Origin: Octopus bimaculoides
Lineage: Eukaryota
Direction of reading: 5' to 3'
Length of the DNA stretch: 39,889 nt
NCBI RefSeq assembly: GCF_001194135.2
Contig: NC_068989.1
Span: forward strand, 95,084,137-95,124,025
Shown here: piece after piece, positions 1-10,807 of the stretch
Position numbering within the stretch: the first letter of the stretch is position 1
How the letters are laid out: every line of letters begins with the position of its first letter
The notes under the pieces: generated by a model
The model's database searches: none
What the model saw: the letters and a program-made list of their open reading frames with translations, nothing else
What the model was told of the DNA's origin: nothing
Position numbers and translations under genes: made by a program

Positions 1-5
1 ATATG

Positions 6-74
<69 letters not shown>

Positions 75-158
75 TGTATATATACAGGTATATATATATA
101 CACATATATATATATATATATATACGTGTGTGTGTGTATGTGTTTGTGTGTGTGTGTC
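1..158. repeat. Compound (TA)n/(GA)n/(TG)n microsatellite
   Basis: Direct reading of dinucleotide runs. Confidence 0.95.
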
Positions 159-768
159 CAATGATGTAAAGGCTAAATCAAAACTAGTTACGTATATAGT
201 TGTAGAGCTATGCTATTGTGTATCTTACGCAACAGTAGACGGATCAATATTTATATTGAAAATTAGAAATAGGAGATGAAAAGAAAAAGCCTCCTGCTGG
301 AAAATGTAAATTTACTTCCAATACTTTTCTCGTCATATTGTATTCACAAAGATTTACAAACTATTAGTAATTCCTGATATTAATGACACCTCTCAGACTT
401 CTCGTCTTTCGTTAACATGTTTGACTCAATGTTATGAGCTTGTTCGTCTTACATTTTTGTTTCTTTGCTTTTTCTTTACATCTTTTATGTATATCGAAGA
501 TAGCCATTGTTGTGCACATTTGTGCGACATAGATTTTCTTTTCGAGTTTTTTTTTCTAGTTTTAGTTGTTTTTAAGCGCAAGATTGATTAGCTGGGATTC
601 CAATTAGCCAATTTTAAATAGTCTAAAATATTTTACTGTTGTTATTTATGTAATTTTCGCTAAAGTAGAGTTAATCTTCTAAATTACTTCGATGTTATGA
701 TGTTTCGCTTTATATCCATTTCTGCAAACTTTTGTAGCTGTCATTAAAAGTAAACGACAAGAATTTCT

Positions 769-1075
769 TGGATTGACATCATGAATGAAGGAGTTATGTA
801 AAGGTCTAGACATGACTAACCTACGACGTACCATTGCTATGAAATGGCGGAAGTTGGTCGGTCACATGCTGTGCATTGCCCGTGAATAAATCAGAAATTG
901 TATTTCTCTGGAGTGAAAATCAAGGGTGGGCCTCTCGAGACGTGGCTGAGGACTGTGAAAGAGGAACTGGTCGATATATTTCTCGCCCGAGAGTAGGTGT
1001 TCGACGGGCCTGCAACTGTACAGGGCAACGATGTCTCGTCATCTGAAACTCTGTGTAAAGCAGAAGAGACTATAA
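769..1075 (+). mobile_element. Decayed RTE-clade LINE, C-terminal ORF relic
   Basis: With frameshifts and stops it reads WIDIMNEGV / TIAMKWRKLVGHMLCIARE / GGPLETWLRTVKEEL / LCKAEET, matching the RTE C-terminal pattern W.D.I.NEE..R...WRW.GH...GRP..TW.RTV..EL. Confidence 0.7.
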
Positions 1076-1231
1076 CCAATATTTTCGTAATTTCTTTGAG
1101 AAAATGATGCACGAATTGCATTCACATTTTCACACACTTACCAAACTGGTATTTATGCAAATATATTTCTTCGTAAGTTTTTTTTATATTGATTTCAAAT
1201 TTTGGCACAGGATCAGTAATTTCATTGAAGC

Positions 1232-1388
1232 CGTTGATTACATTGACCCCCCCCCCCNNNNNNNNNNCACACTTACCAAACTGGTATTTATTTTATTGAC
1301 CCCGAAAAGATGAAAGGTTAAGTCGACCTCGGCGAAATTTGAACTCAGGCCGTAATGACAGACGAAATGCTAACGAATCTGCCAGCTC
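1232..1388 (-). mobile_element. SINE family A copy (partial, spans 10-N gap)
   Basis: Contains ttgaccccgaaaagatgaaaggttaagtcgacctcggcgaaatttgaactcag and aacgaatctgccagctc, shared with the other family A copies. Confidence 0.8.
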
Positions 1389-1960
1389 TTTAATATTTCT
1401 GGCATGAATATTACAAATCATTATCGGTAAACTCTATTATTTAGCTTTCTGTTACAAAAACAAAACTGAAATTTTGATTTAATGATGCTGTAAGAATATA
1501 ATGCTTTTATCGTTTGTTAAAATTCAGGAATGAATGAAAATTGGATTTTTGCCTTATTGTTGCTAAAATAAATATAAAAATTTAAAATGAACTATTAATA
1601 ATGGAAATTGATTCATTAGTAATGCGTCTTGTTATATGTCCGACTTTAATGTATGCTATTGAAAACATTATGCTGTCTTTGACAACCAAAGAAAATATCT
1701 GACAATCTGTGATCTGTAAATATAGCTGGGATCAGAAAATAAATGACAATTAGCTCCTTAATCAGATACCTGTGAGTAAATTGATGAATATAACTCTTAT
1801 AATGCCATTATTACTGAACACCATTTGTCAAAGAGAATAACATAAAGGAATTTATGGCATGGTAAGATGTCTAATGCTAAGATGTAATGGCGGATGAGCT
1901 AGAACTCTCGACTGGGAATGATTTTATCGAATTAGGTAAACTTGAGGACAAGATAAGAAT

Positions 1961-2262
1961 ATGTGTATGTGTGTGTGTGCGCGCGTACATGTGTGTGTTT
2001 GCATGCCTGTGTTTACGTGTATTTGTGCATGTGTGTGTGTCTGTCTGTCTGTGTATGTATGTATGGGTGTGCTTTGTGCTTCTGTGTGTGTGCATGTGCG
2101 TGTATAAGTGAGAGTTAGAATGCCTGTGTTTACATGTGTGTGTGTATGCATGTGTGTGTGTATGCATGTGTGTGTGCGTGTGTGTTTGTGTGTGTTCTTG
2201 TGTGTGTGTGTGTGTGGGTGTGTGTGTGTGTGTGTATGTGTGTGTGTGAGTGTTCGTGCATG

Positions 2263-2301
<39 letters not shown>
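1961..2301. repeat. Degenerate (TG)n microsatellite
   Basis: Direct reading. Confidence 0.95.
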
Positions 2302-2304
<3 letters not shown>

Positions 2305-3639
2305 GGCCGAGAGAAACTTTGTTATTCCCAATCGATTGCTTTACAATTTGTCCTCCGAAACAATGATAATCGATAGTTAAGGTGTAAATCAAATGACTGC
2401 AGCGTTAATGCAGCTATTGACCTCTATTTATCACGATAATATCAAGATGAAGAACAAGCAAGTAGTTGTCAAAACTTGAACCTCCGCTTCCTTCGCTTAT
2501 GATATATTTTGACATGTTCGAAACCATTTGATGCATAATTTTATTCTTTAGATTGCGTCGTCGTTATTTCTGCCTGCGTTAATTATATTTCCATAGTTTT
2601 CGAAACGGGTTTATGAAATATTTTTCCCATTGAATTTCATGCTATTATTATCTTTGTTGACATTCTGTTCATATAAAAGTTTGGTAATGGAAAATTATTT
2701 TGTGCTCATCATTCACACACAAAACAGAGTCACATTCGATCAGTCTGTAAATATTCATTTAGAGAGATTTATTGGTAAATTATTAACAAATCAGACTGAA
2801 ATAACAATGAATTGTTGAGAATATCAGAATGCTGTTGTAATGGTATCTGCACAATAGATGTATTTCAATGTTGTATTAATGATATATTCATCATTTTGGT
2901 CAAGAATCTTATTCACTGCTTGATAGGTTACGAGGTCCCCGTTTTAATAGAGCATTGAATAACATACTTAAGTTTCATTACCAATCTAGAATATATTGTT
3001 TGCAGATTGAACACATACCGTTTTCCAAGAACTACAGAAATAATTATTATTTACTCGTGTGTGAGAACGTTCAAACGGTATGAATTGTTAAGAGCGCGGG
3101 ACAGGACCCATATGCAACAAGTTCAACATCTTCATACCGATTTTATTGCACTTTAGGAATAATAATTTCCTAATACATCATGAAACCCTTTTGCAAAACC
3201 AAATGAAGGACTTATCTTGAAGATAGAAACACGCGGTACAAATGATGTAAGAAGAAATATATTGGACCAGATAACTCATTAAGTTTTTAATATATTTACT
3301 TTGCCTATCTCTGTTTAACTGGCTCCATTTAACATACTAGACTTCGAAATTAAATACAAATATGAGAAAAAGGAACGAGAAATATTCGTTAAGGATATTC
3401 GAGAGAATATTATTGCGATTGCCACACCAATAATGATTTTAGTATTCAAACAAAATCATTCATTCTAGGAAGGCCTCTTCTCAAACGCTCGATGTAGCAG
3501 ACTCGTTAGCAAACACATTAACTATTTATTACGTCATTAAAATAAGATTTACAGCCAGACGGTGTATCGCCTGAAAGTCGAGTGTATGTATTTGTGTCTT
3601 TATGTGTGCCAATGTAAACATAAATACATACGCACGAAC

Positions 3640-3697
3640 GCACGCACACACACACATATATACATGTGTGTGTATATATATGTAACGTATATGCATA

Positions 3698-3742
<45 letters not shown>

Positions 3743-3775
3743 ATACATGTGTGCTTGTGTGTGTGTTTTTATATG

Positions 3776-3836
<61 letters not shown>

Positions 3837-3860
3837 GGATGGATATGTACATATATACGT
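3640..3860. repeat. (CA)/(TA)n plus (ATAG)n microsatellites
   Basis: Direct reading; the GATA tetramer run is at about 3776-3836. Confidence 0.95.
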
Positions 3861-4607
3861 GCGTCGGTATGGATTTATGTATATAGGAATGTCTCTAGTG
3901 GGTGATGCAAATTTTATATCCAAAATTGTCGATCGTTTTAGTGTAAAGAATACTTCTTTGAAAAAGTTTCTGTTTGAAATTTACAAAATTTTGAATTTGT
4001 TTACAAACCCCCCATGTTTTGCTTTCTGTCTGGCACAAATGTATATAAACGGATATAGCTCGAGCAAATAACTTTGGTGTCTTGCTGATGACGGAAGCAC
4101 AAGTCTCTTTTGTTACTCGCATTTATCGTATGGAAACATATTTATGTCCACCTTTAAAATTATATGTATATTATTTTAATATATATATATGCTTCGATTA
4201 TTTTTATACTTTATTTAATGACTCACATTTGTGTACGTATATATATATATATATATATATATATNNNNNNNNNNNNNNNNNNNNNNNNNNNNNNNNNNNN
4301 NNNNNNNNNNNNNNNNNNNNNNNNNNNNNNNNNNNNNNNNNNNNNNNNNNNNNNNNNNNNNNNNNNNNNNNNNNNNNNNNNNNNNNNNNNNNNNNNNNNN
4401 NNNNNNNNNNNNNNNNNNNNNNNNNNNNNNNNNNNNNNNNNNNNNNNNNNNNNNNNNNNNNNNNNNNNNNNNNNNNNNNNNNNNNNNNNNNNNNNNNNNN
4501 NNNNNNNNNNNNNNNNNNNNNNNNNNNNNNNNNNNNNNNNNNNNNNNNNNNNNNNNNNNNNNNNNNNNNNNNNNNNNNNNNNNNNNNNNNNNNNNNNNNN
4601 NNNNNNN

Positions 4608-4790
4608 AAAGACGAGGACAGGTGGTGTAAACAACAAAAGGATGTATTAGTTTAACGCTCGGGAATAGAGAAAGTCTTTAACGTTTCGAGATACGCTCTT
4701 CAACAGAAAGAATAAGGAGAAAAACAAGGAAAAAAACATGGAGAATTAAAATTTTAATGTTGTGGTCAGCGATCTATCATGGCAAAGTTC
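4608..4790 (-). mobile_element. Short PLE-associated repeat carrying a hammerhead variant
   Basis: Contains the HHR-like motif at 4675-4711. Left end lost in the N-gap; right boundary inferred only. Confidence 0.5.
4675..4711 (-). ncRNA. Minimal type I hammerhead ribozyme variant (core CUGUUGA)
   Basis: Minus strand reads TCTTT-CTGTTGA-A-GAG-CGTAT-CTC-GAAACGT-T-AAAGA: 5-bp stem I, 3-bp stem II, palindromic ACGT stem III. Confidence 0.6.
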
Positions 4791-4839
4791 ACACAGGAGA
4801 GCTAAGAAAAAGGGGAGATAACAAAAAGGGAAAGAAACG

Positions 4840-4998
4840 GTGCTTCCATTCATTTTCTCACGCGGCCTCACACTCAACACTGAGACCTACATCAAGTGCC
4901 TGTAGGAAGTAGTGTTGTCCTGCGTGAAGGGGATGGCTGCTGGAAGACCCTATGTCTGGCAACAGAACCCTGTACCATGCCACACAAGCACGAGAACC
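4840..4998 (+). mobile_element. Tc1/mariner transposase catalytic-domain relic
   Basis: In-frame VLPFIFSRGLTLNTETYIKCL*EVVLSCVKGMAAGRPYVWQQNPVPCHTSTRT matches the region around the second catalytic Asp (WQQD.AP.H; here D is N). Stop codon at 4903-4905. Confidence 0.85.
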
Positions 4999-5002
4999 TA
5001 CG

Positions 5003-5202
5003 CATGTGTTTTTCAGAATAATATTCAACACTGAATATATTCTAATTAAATATATTTATATGGAAAAATGATGTTTTTCCCCCCTTACGAGGTTTTTTCA
5101 CGCTAACTACTTGATAAATTCTTATAAAGTCTTTATCCTATTATTGAATTATATATAATTAGAATATATTCAGTGCTGAATATTATTCTGTAAAAGCACA
5201 TG
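5003..5202. mobile_element. MITE-like 200-bp element with ~50-bp terminal inverted repeats
   Basis: catgtgtttttcagaataatattcaacactgaatatattctaatta versus the reverse complement of the right arm, catgtgcttttacagaataatattcagcactgaatatattctaatta. No clear TSD. Confidence 0.65.
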
Positions 5203-5654
5203 TGCCGAAGTGTAACTCAAGAAGCCCGCCTCTTTCATGGATATATAGGGATAAACAATCGTCTATGTACTATGTTGAATACATGGAGTGCTCGTCGGGG
5301 TATGTTGATTTTTGTTTATTTTTATGTGTCTTCACCATACGCGTACTGATGAATAAAAGATGCAGATTACTGCGTTTATTATGAAACCATTGGTTTACCG
5401 TTAAGTTAAGTTTTTAAGAGGTTAGCTTTGAGAGTTCCATTCCCTCACGATTGGTAAAAATGTGCTTATTATAGTAGTTTGACTTCTGGAGTCCCTCTTA
5501 GCGTGAGGCGTTATTGTATAGTAATGCCCTTAAATAAATAAATAAATAAATAAATATATATATATGCATATGTATGCATGTATGTATGTATGTATGTATA
5601 TTGAAAACATGCTATCTCGAATGTTAACACAACTACTGTGAACCTTGTTCAGAA

Positions 5655-5779
5655 TTCCCAGAATTGGTGAGGCTGGAATTATAGTAAAAGATACTTGTTC
5701 AAGGTGCCATGCGCTGAGACTGAATCCAAAACCATGCTTTTGCAAAGTGGACTTCTTCACCACACGCCCATACCTGCGC
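5655..5779 (-). mobile_element. SINE family B 5' part (tRNA-like head plus CORE-like segment)
   Basis: atacttgttcaaggtgccatgcgctgagactgaatcc is the reverse complement of the family B head. Confidence 0.65.
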
Positions 5780-6114
5780 ATAAGCACTTTATAATTAAGA
5801 GTTTCTCCTTTAGATTTGCCCTTTAGCTTGAACTGCCGAGTTCAAGAATCTTTTAGAAATCTCCATATGTGATAGAAGCTCTCAGAGAAATCTATTGGAT
5901 CCCTTCTATTCTCAGTCAATCAAGCGACTTAAATAAGCATGAAAAAGAGACCCATGTATTTTTATTTTATTTCATTCCCAGTCAACTGATAACATTCACA
6001 TGTGACATTTCATTGTAAATATCTACCTTAGCATATACTTATATATAACATTGTTCCTCCTGTACTCCCTCTCCCTCTCACAGTTTCCCTTCTCTTTCCC
6101 GTTTCTCCCCCTCT

Positions 6115-6150
<36 letters not shown>

Positions 6151-6294
6151 CTCGCTCTCGCTCTCTCTCTCTCTTCTCTATTTCTTCTGTCGAACTCATT
6201 GTTCTTTTGTTGCTCCATTAAAAAGAATAGGATGAATCTGAGATACTTTCCTTTATATTTCACCGACCCATTCTTTCTCGTTATTATATTAGCT

Positions 6295-6890
6295 ACACAG
6301 AATTCTTCCGTGCAACTTTATTCTCGTATTTACATGTGTCTTACTTCTTTTTAAGTGCGTCAATCAATTGCATAAGTATATTGCATTTCTCTGTAATGCA
6401 CAGTAAACAATAATCATTGACAGTAAGATAATGGAAGAGGTCAGTTTCAAGAGTGGATATTCTTATTGTTCTTCATTCAGTTTCCAGATATATTGGAAGA
6501 GATATTTTGCTGTGTTCTCTTAAAGATTGTTTAACTTTCCGTAAATCTACCATCTGTTGATTCTATGTAATATTTTTCGGTTAAATCTTTCTATAAGACT
6601 TTCACTTTACATACTACTTCAGTAGTTCGGCATTTTTCATTTAGTGGCTGGAATGGTACATTGTCAGTTTGTATTTGCTTATCATGTGTACTGTTCTTTC
6701 TCCTTATTTTATGCATTATGCCTCAAATATTCTCAGTGCAGTTGAAGTTGACTGTAATATCGTTCTCATTAAAAAGATTTTGATATTTGTGACTATGTGG
6801 TAAATGCTGCCTGATTGCAGTCAAGAAATTAGATACTATGTTGGGGAGTTACGTTTTGTCTAAAAGCAGGTTAAGCCATAAGGGATTCCT
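6295..6890 (-). mobile_element. Penelope-like element, linker plus GIY-YIG endonuclease relic
   Basis: Minus strand with stops and frameshifts: RNPLWLNLLLDKT*LPNIVSNFLTAIRQHLPHSHKYQNLFNENDITVNFNCTENI, PLNEKCRTTEVVCKVKV, KYYIESTDGRF, FQYIWKLNEE, CLLCITEK, TCKYENK. Colinear with the PLE pattern RNIIWFNPP...HFP..HK...FN......SC..N / CPL.G.C / YIG.T / YIWKLK / C.LCL.EK / KCRH.NK. Confidence 0.8.
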
Positions 6891-6973
6891 TTATGTATGT
6901 TTGTAAATATTGCAAAAGCTTGTATCTATAGCTACTTGTGACTTAATTATTCGGATTATCCTTCCAGATAATA

Positions 6974-7154
6974 CAGTTCTATATTTAGGAGATGAGGAAT
7001 TATGTACATTATTTACATTATTTACATTTGACGGATATTTGTCCTTATCTTGTTTGTTGTTAACACAACGTTTTGGCTGATATACCCTCCAGCCTTCATC
7101 AGGTGTCTTGAGGAAATTTCGAACCTGGGCTCTCATTCCTAAGGTATTTTTTTA

Positions 7155-7203
<49 letters not shown>

Positions 7204-7273
7204 CAGGTCACTGTTTGGAATCGAACTCGGAATCTTAGGGTTAGTAGCCCGCGCTATTAACCACTACGCCATA
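6974..7273 (-). mobile_element. tRNA-headed hammerhead element (family C), long copy
   Basis: On the minus strand: A box TGGCGTAGTGG (7271-7261), B box GAGTTCGATTCC (7228-7217), (TAA)n linker, HHR, and tail tgtaaataatgtaaataatgtacataattcctcatctc. Closely similar to 19364-19640. Confidence 0.8.
7062..7107 (-). ncRNA. Minimal hammerhead, family C, core-mutated (GAAA to AAAA)
   Basis: GACAC-CTGATGA-A-GGCTG-GAGGGTATAT-CAGCC-AAAACGT-T-GTGTT. Stems intact but G12 is A, so probably inactive. Confidence 0.7.
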
Positions 7274-7406
7274 CGGGCATATGGTGTAGTACCCCAAAAC
7301 ACCTGATGAAGGCTTGAGGGTATATCAGCCGAAACGTTGTGCTAACAACAGACAAGATGAGGACAAATATCCGTCAAATGTAAATAATGTAAATAATGTA
7401 AATAAT
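7273..7406 (+). mobile_element. Family C inverted, internally deleted second copy
   Basis: Head start acgggcatatggtgtagt is joined directly to accccaaaacacctgatgaagg...ccgtcaaatgtaaataatgtaaataat. Confidence 0.75.
7300..7341 (+). ncRNA. Minimal hammerhead, family C, intact core
   Basis: CAC-CTGATGA-A-GGCT-TGAGGGTATATC-AGCC-GAAACGT-T-GTG. Predicted cleavage after T7338; stem I is only 3 bp. Confidence 0.7.
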
Positions 7407-8084
7407 ATCCTCTCAAACATTAGAAACATGATACCGCAGAAGTTTTTTTTTTATCTATTGATTATTCTCTTTATAACTGGACGCGCAAGTTATTGTAAAC
7501 TCAGTTTATGATGCAGGGAGAATTTCTGTTTGTGGCATTTCATTTTATTTTGTCGTCGTATACACACCCTCCAACTGATAGCAACAGCCAAGGAGAGCTG
7601 GTTGGGCTCCAACATTCTGACATCTTGATACAATTCACATTAACCGAGTGTCCGCTTTGGACACGATAACCAATTAAAGTTTAAGTGACATTTTCATTTA
7701 TAGCTAAAATACAAATTTTCAGCGACCTTGTCTGAGTTAGTTTTTCAAAACTAAACATTATTAACCTCTGTTTTCAGAAGATTCTTAGTTCGGATCAATA
7801 TGTATATCATGTATATATCCAACAGCAAGACACCGAATGATGATTGGAAATCAAGCCGATCGATACGTAGTACAGAGGTAAGTATGATTTGGGGTGTATC
7901 GCTGGATTTTGATAATAAAGGCGCAGACATTCTTGCGTGGTTCGGAAATTTCCTTCGCAAACATAGTTTCAGGTTCAATCTCACTTATGGCACCTTAAGC
8001 AAATGTCTCCTATTGTAGCTTCAAGTTGACTAATGCCTTTAGTGGATAGGAACTCTGAAAGCACCTTTCCACACTTCCTTTCTG

Positions 8085-8369
8085 CTGCTTTCAACCTTCA
8101 ATTAATCTTCCCAACTAATTTTCAAAAAAACACAGTTCTCTAGCCACGTTTCATTTCTCAGCCGCTGCCTCTACCACTGCCTCCTGCCCAAAGGTCTCCG
8201 CCTCCATTCTGCTTCAACCATCCTACCCATACTCCTTACTACTTCCTACCACCTTATGCACGCCACCATTCGTTCCAATCTCTCCAAAATATACACCATC
8301 GACCGCCTTCTCTCTTTCGCTTATTCCATTTTCTCTTCTCCGTCACCTTCCTATGCACAGCTACCATGA
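8085..8369 (+). mobile_element. Penelope-like element N-terminal ORF relic
   Basis: 8142-8369 reads SHVSFLSRCLYHCLLPKGLRLHSASTILPILLTTSYHLMHATIRSNLSKIYTIDRLL..., preceded by QLIFKKTQFS. Matches the PLE N-terminal H..FL..C....L.PKG..L motif as I recall it. Confidence 0.6.
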
Positions 8370-8495
8370 TTGACTGCTGAGTTAAAAGCAAACAGGAACT
8401 ATAAGAACCTTATACATCACCAATTTTAGAGTCTCTCATTATATCTTTCTCTTTTCAGCCTTATTTATTTATCTATCTGTCTATCTATCGTTTGC

Positions 8496-8526
<31 letters not shown>

Positions 8527-8749
8527 AGTATTTATCAATTATCCTCTTTGTTTCACTGTCCACTACTCCGACAGGTTACAGAGGACGTATACATACATGG
8601 CTTCTGAAACCGCATGTACAGCCTCAGGAGAAAGAAAGAATGAAATGACATGGCCATCACAGTAATGCCAAAACAAGAATAAAATAATTGTTAAAGTTCA
8701 AACACCGCAAACAGACGCAACCAACTCAGACACAAATACATACACACAA

Positions 8750-8805
<56 letters not shown>

Positions 8806-8830
8806 TACACACACACACATACACACAGAT
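8750..8830. repeat. (CA)n microsatellite
   Basis: Direct reading. Confidence 0.95.
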
Positions 8831-9109
8831 AACTCACAAACCATATACATGCACTTACACATCCTTATGTTGATAGAAAGAAGCAAATGCAAATAAAAAT
8901 ATTTTTCTACTTTTGTCTTTTTCTTCTTTCTCTCTCTCTCTTTCTCTTTCTCTATCTATCAATCAATCTATATATCTATATATCTATCTCTCTATCTAAA
9001 TCCCTCTCTATCCCCTTTATCTCTTTCTATCTATGTATCTTATTTTTAATGCCTTGTCTTCAGTATTTCATTCAACCATTCCAATCTTTTTATCTCTTCT
9101 TTTTTACCC

Positions 9110-9111
9110 TT

Positions 9112-9176
<65 letters not shown>

Positions 9177-9180
9177 TCTC
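9110..9180. repeat. (CT)n microsatellite
   Basis: Direct reading. Confidence 0.95.
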
Positions 9181-9212
9181 TTCCTTTCCCCCTCTATCAC
9201 TCCATAATTTCG

Positions 9213-9296
9213 CTGTCCGTCTTTATCTCCCATCACACAGAATTTCTGTCTTACTTGTCTAGCGATGTGCTTATATTTCTCTTCAATACATATAAA
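9213..9296 (+). repeat. 84-bp direct repeat, copy 1 (copy 2 at 10023-10106)
   Basis: 79/84 identical by eye; offset exactly 810 nt. Confidence 0.9.
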
Positions 9297-10022
9297 AATA
9301 TATTTTTGCAGATTTATATCGTCATAAAATTTAGCTTACAAGCAACTTTACAACCTCACCTCATCCATTGTTTTGTCGTTAAAGCTCTTACTTATTACAT
9401 TTGTTGGGTTGCTTTCATTGTTTTATTTTAGTTTTGTTTTGGTTTGTTTTTATGTTGCTATTTGTTTATTTGTTTACTTGACAGACCTTTGGCACAAAAG
9501 AATTCAGTTTGAAACGTTCAAGGAGAACCCAAATGTTCAGCAAACCAAAGAATAGCAAGGTCACGTCAGAATCAGATCTACAAACAACTTCTACTGTTGT
9601 AGGTTGTAATCTCGAAAAGTTGATATTCTTCCTTCTTTTAATTTTCTTTTTTATTCATTTTTATTTTTTGTTTTTTTTTGTTTTTTTTATGTGCTACCTC
9701 CCTCTTGTTCGCTCGTCCACTTGTTTTTCTATTCTACTATCTCAACCCTCTGCTCCTCTGAGCTAACAACTTCTATTCTGTCCTTCACAACTACACTCAT
9801 CTCACCTCCTCTTCCTGCCACCCGTATAGTGTCCCCTCTCCCCACCACCATCCGTGCACCTACAAGTTCCTTCCCTAGTCCTTTCCATCCATAACGTCGG
9901 CTCCCAGGAATTTCCTCCTTGCTCGGGTTTTTGTTTTTTCTTTCTATCAACCAGGATACCACACGCAACGGTGTCAGAGGCGTGTAAAGGCCATAAGCAC
10001 AGATCTTCGTTCAACTCCAAAA

Positions 10023-10106
10023 CTGTCCGTCTTTATCTCCCATCACACAGAATTTCTGTTTCACTTGTCTAGCGATGTGCTTATATAACTCTTCAATACA
10101 CATAAA
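10023..10106 (+). repeat. 84-bp direct repeat, copy 2
   Basis: See copy 1. Confidence 0.9.
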
Positions 10107-10204
10107 GGAAGGAAAGAAAGAACAAAACCAAAGTGGTTCAGCAGAGCTAAAAAGAAAACCATTGAACTTCACGACTTCTGGGTCACAAGTTCAAATTCTT
10201 TGTA

Positions 10205-10750
10205 GAGCTATGGCAATAGTTTTGGGTTCAATCCCACTGCATGACACCTTGGGCAAGTGTCTTCTGCTATAGCCTCCGGCCGACCGACAGGTGGCGAATG
10301 AACTCTGTAGATGGAAACTGTATGGAAACTCGTCGTATATGTGCATGCATGTATGTGTGTGCGCATATGTGTGTGTGTGAATGTGTGCGTGTACATGTGT
10401 GTGTATGTGTGTATGTGCATGTGTATGTGAACGTGTGTGTGTTTGCAGGTGTGCGAGTGCATGTGTGCGCATGTGTGTGTAAGTTCATATGTGTGTGCAT
10501 GCGTGCGTGTGCATGTGTGCCTGTGTCTGTGTGTGTGCATGTGTGTGTGTGTCGTAGTGCTTCTATTTGTTCCCCACATAGCTTGACAACCGGCATTGGT
10601 TTGTTTGCGACACTATGATGTGGCAGTTGGGCAAAGAGATTGATAACATAAGTCCCAGACTTAAGTACCGAGCTTGGTTTGCTTTACTCAAGCCCTCCAA
10701 AGCAGTGCCCCAGCAAGGCCGCAGTCTAATGACTGAAGCAATTGAAAGAT
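10205..10750 (+). mobile_element. SINE family B (CORE-like) with internal (TG)n expansion
   Basis: gggttcaatcccactgcatgacaccttgggcaagtgtcttctgctatagcc ... gcagtgccccagcaaggccgcagtctaatgactgaa. The reverse complement contains the CORE-like acttgcccaaggt. Confidence 0.85.
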
Positions 10751-10807
10751 GAGAGAGACTTTGTTACATTTATGTCTAACACAATTCTACGTGGTTTCAA
10801 ATTTAGT

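Noticed and set aside
1133-1290. 23-nt duplication cacacttaccaaactggtattta (1133-1155 and 1268-1290)
   Set aside because: The second copy starts exactly at a 10-N gap inside a SINE; likely a SINE fragment or assembly artefact.
1877-2380. HT/CV-rich ORFs here and at most other (TG)n, (TA)n, (GA)n and trinucleotide tracts
   Set aside because: Microsatellite translations with no coding evidence.
6891-7511. Recurring peptide YQPKRC..NKQD.DKYPSNVNNVNNV in ORFs 6891-7136, 7314-7511 and partly 19511-19693
   Set aside because: Explained by copies of the family C repeat; the DNA is better read as hammerhead plus tail.
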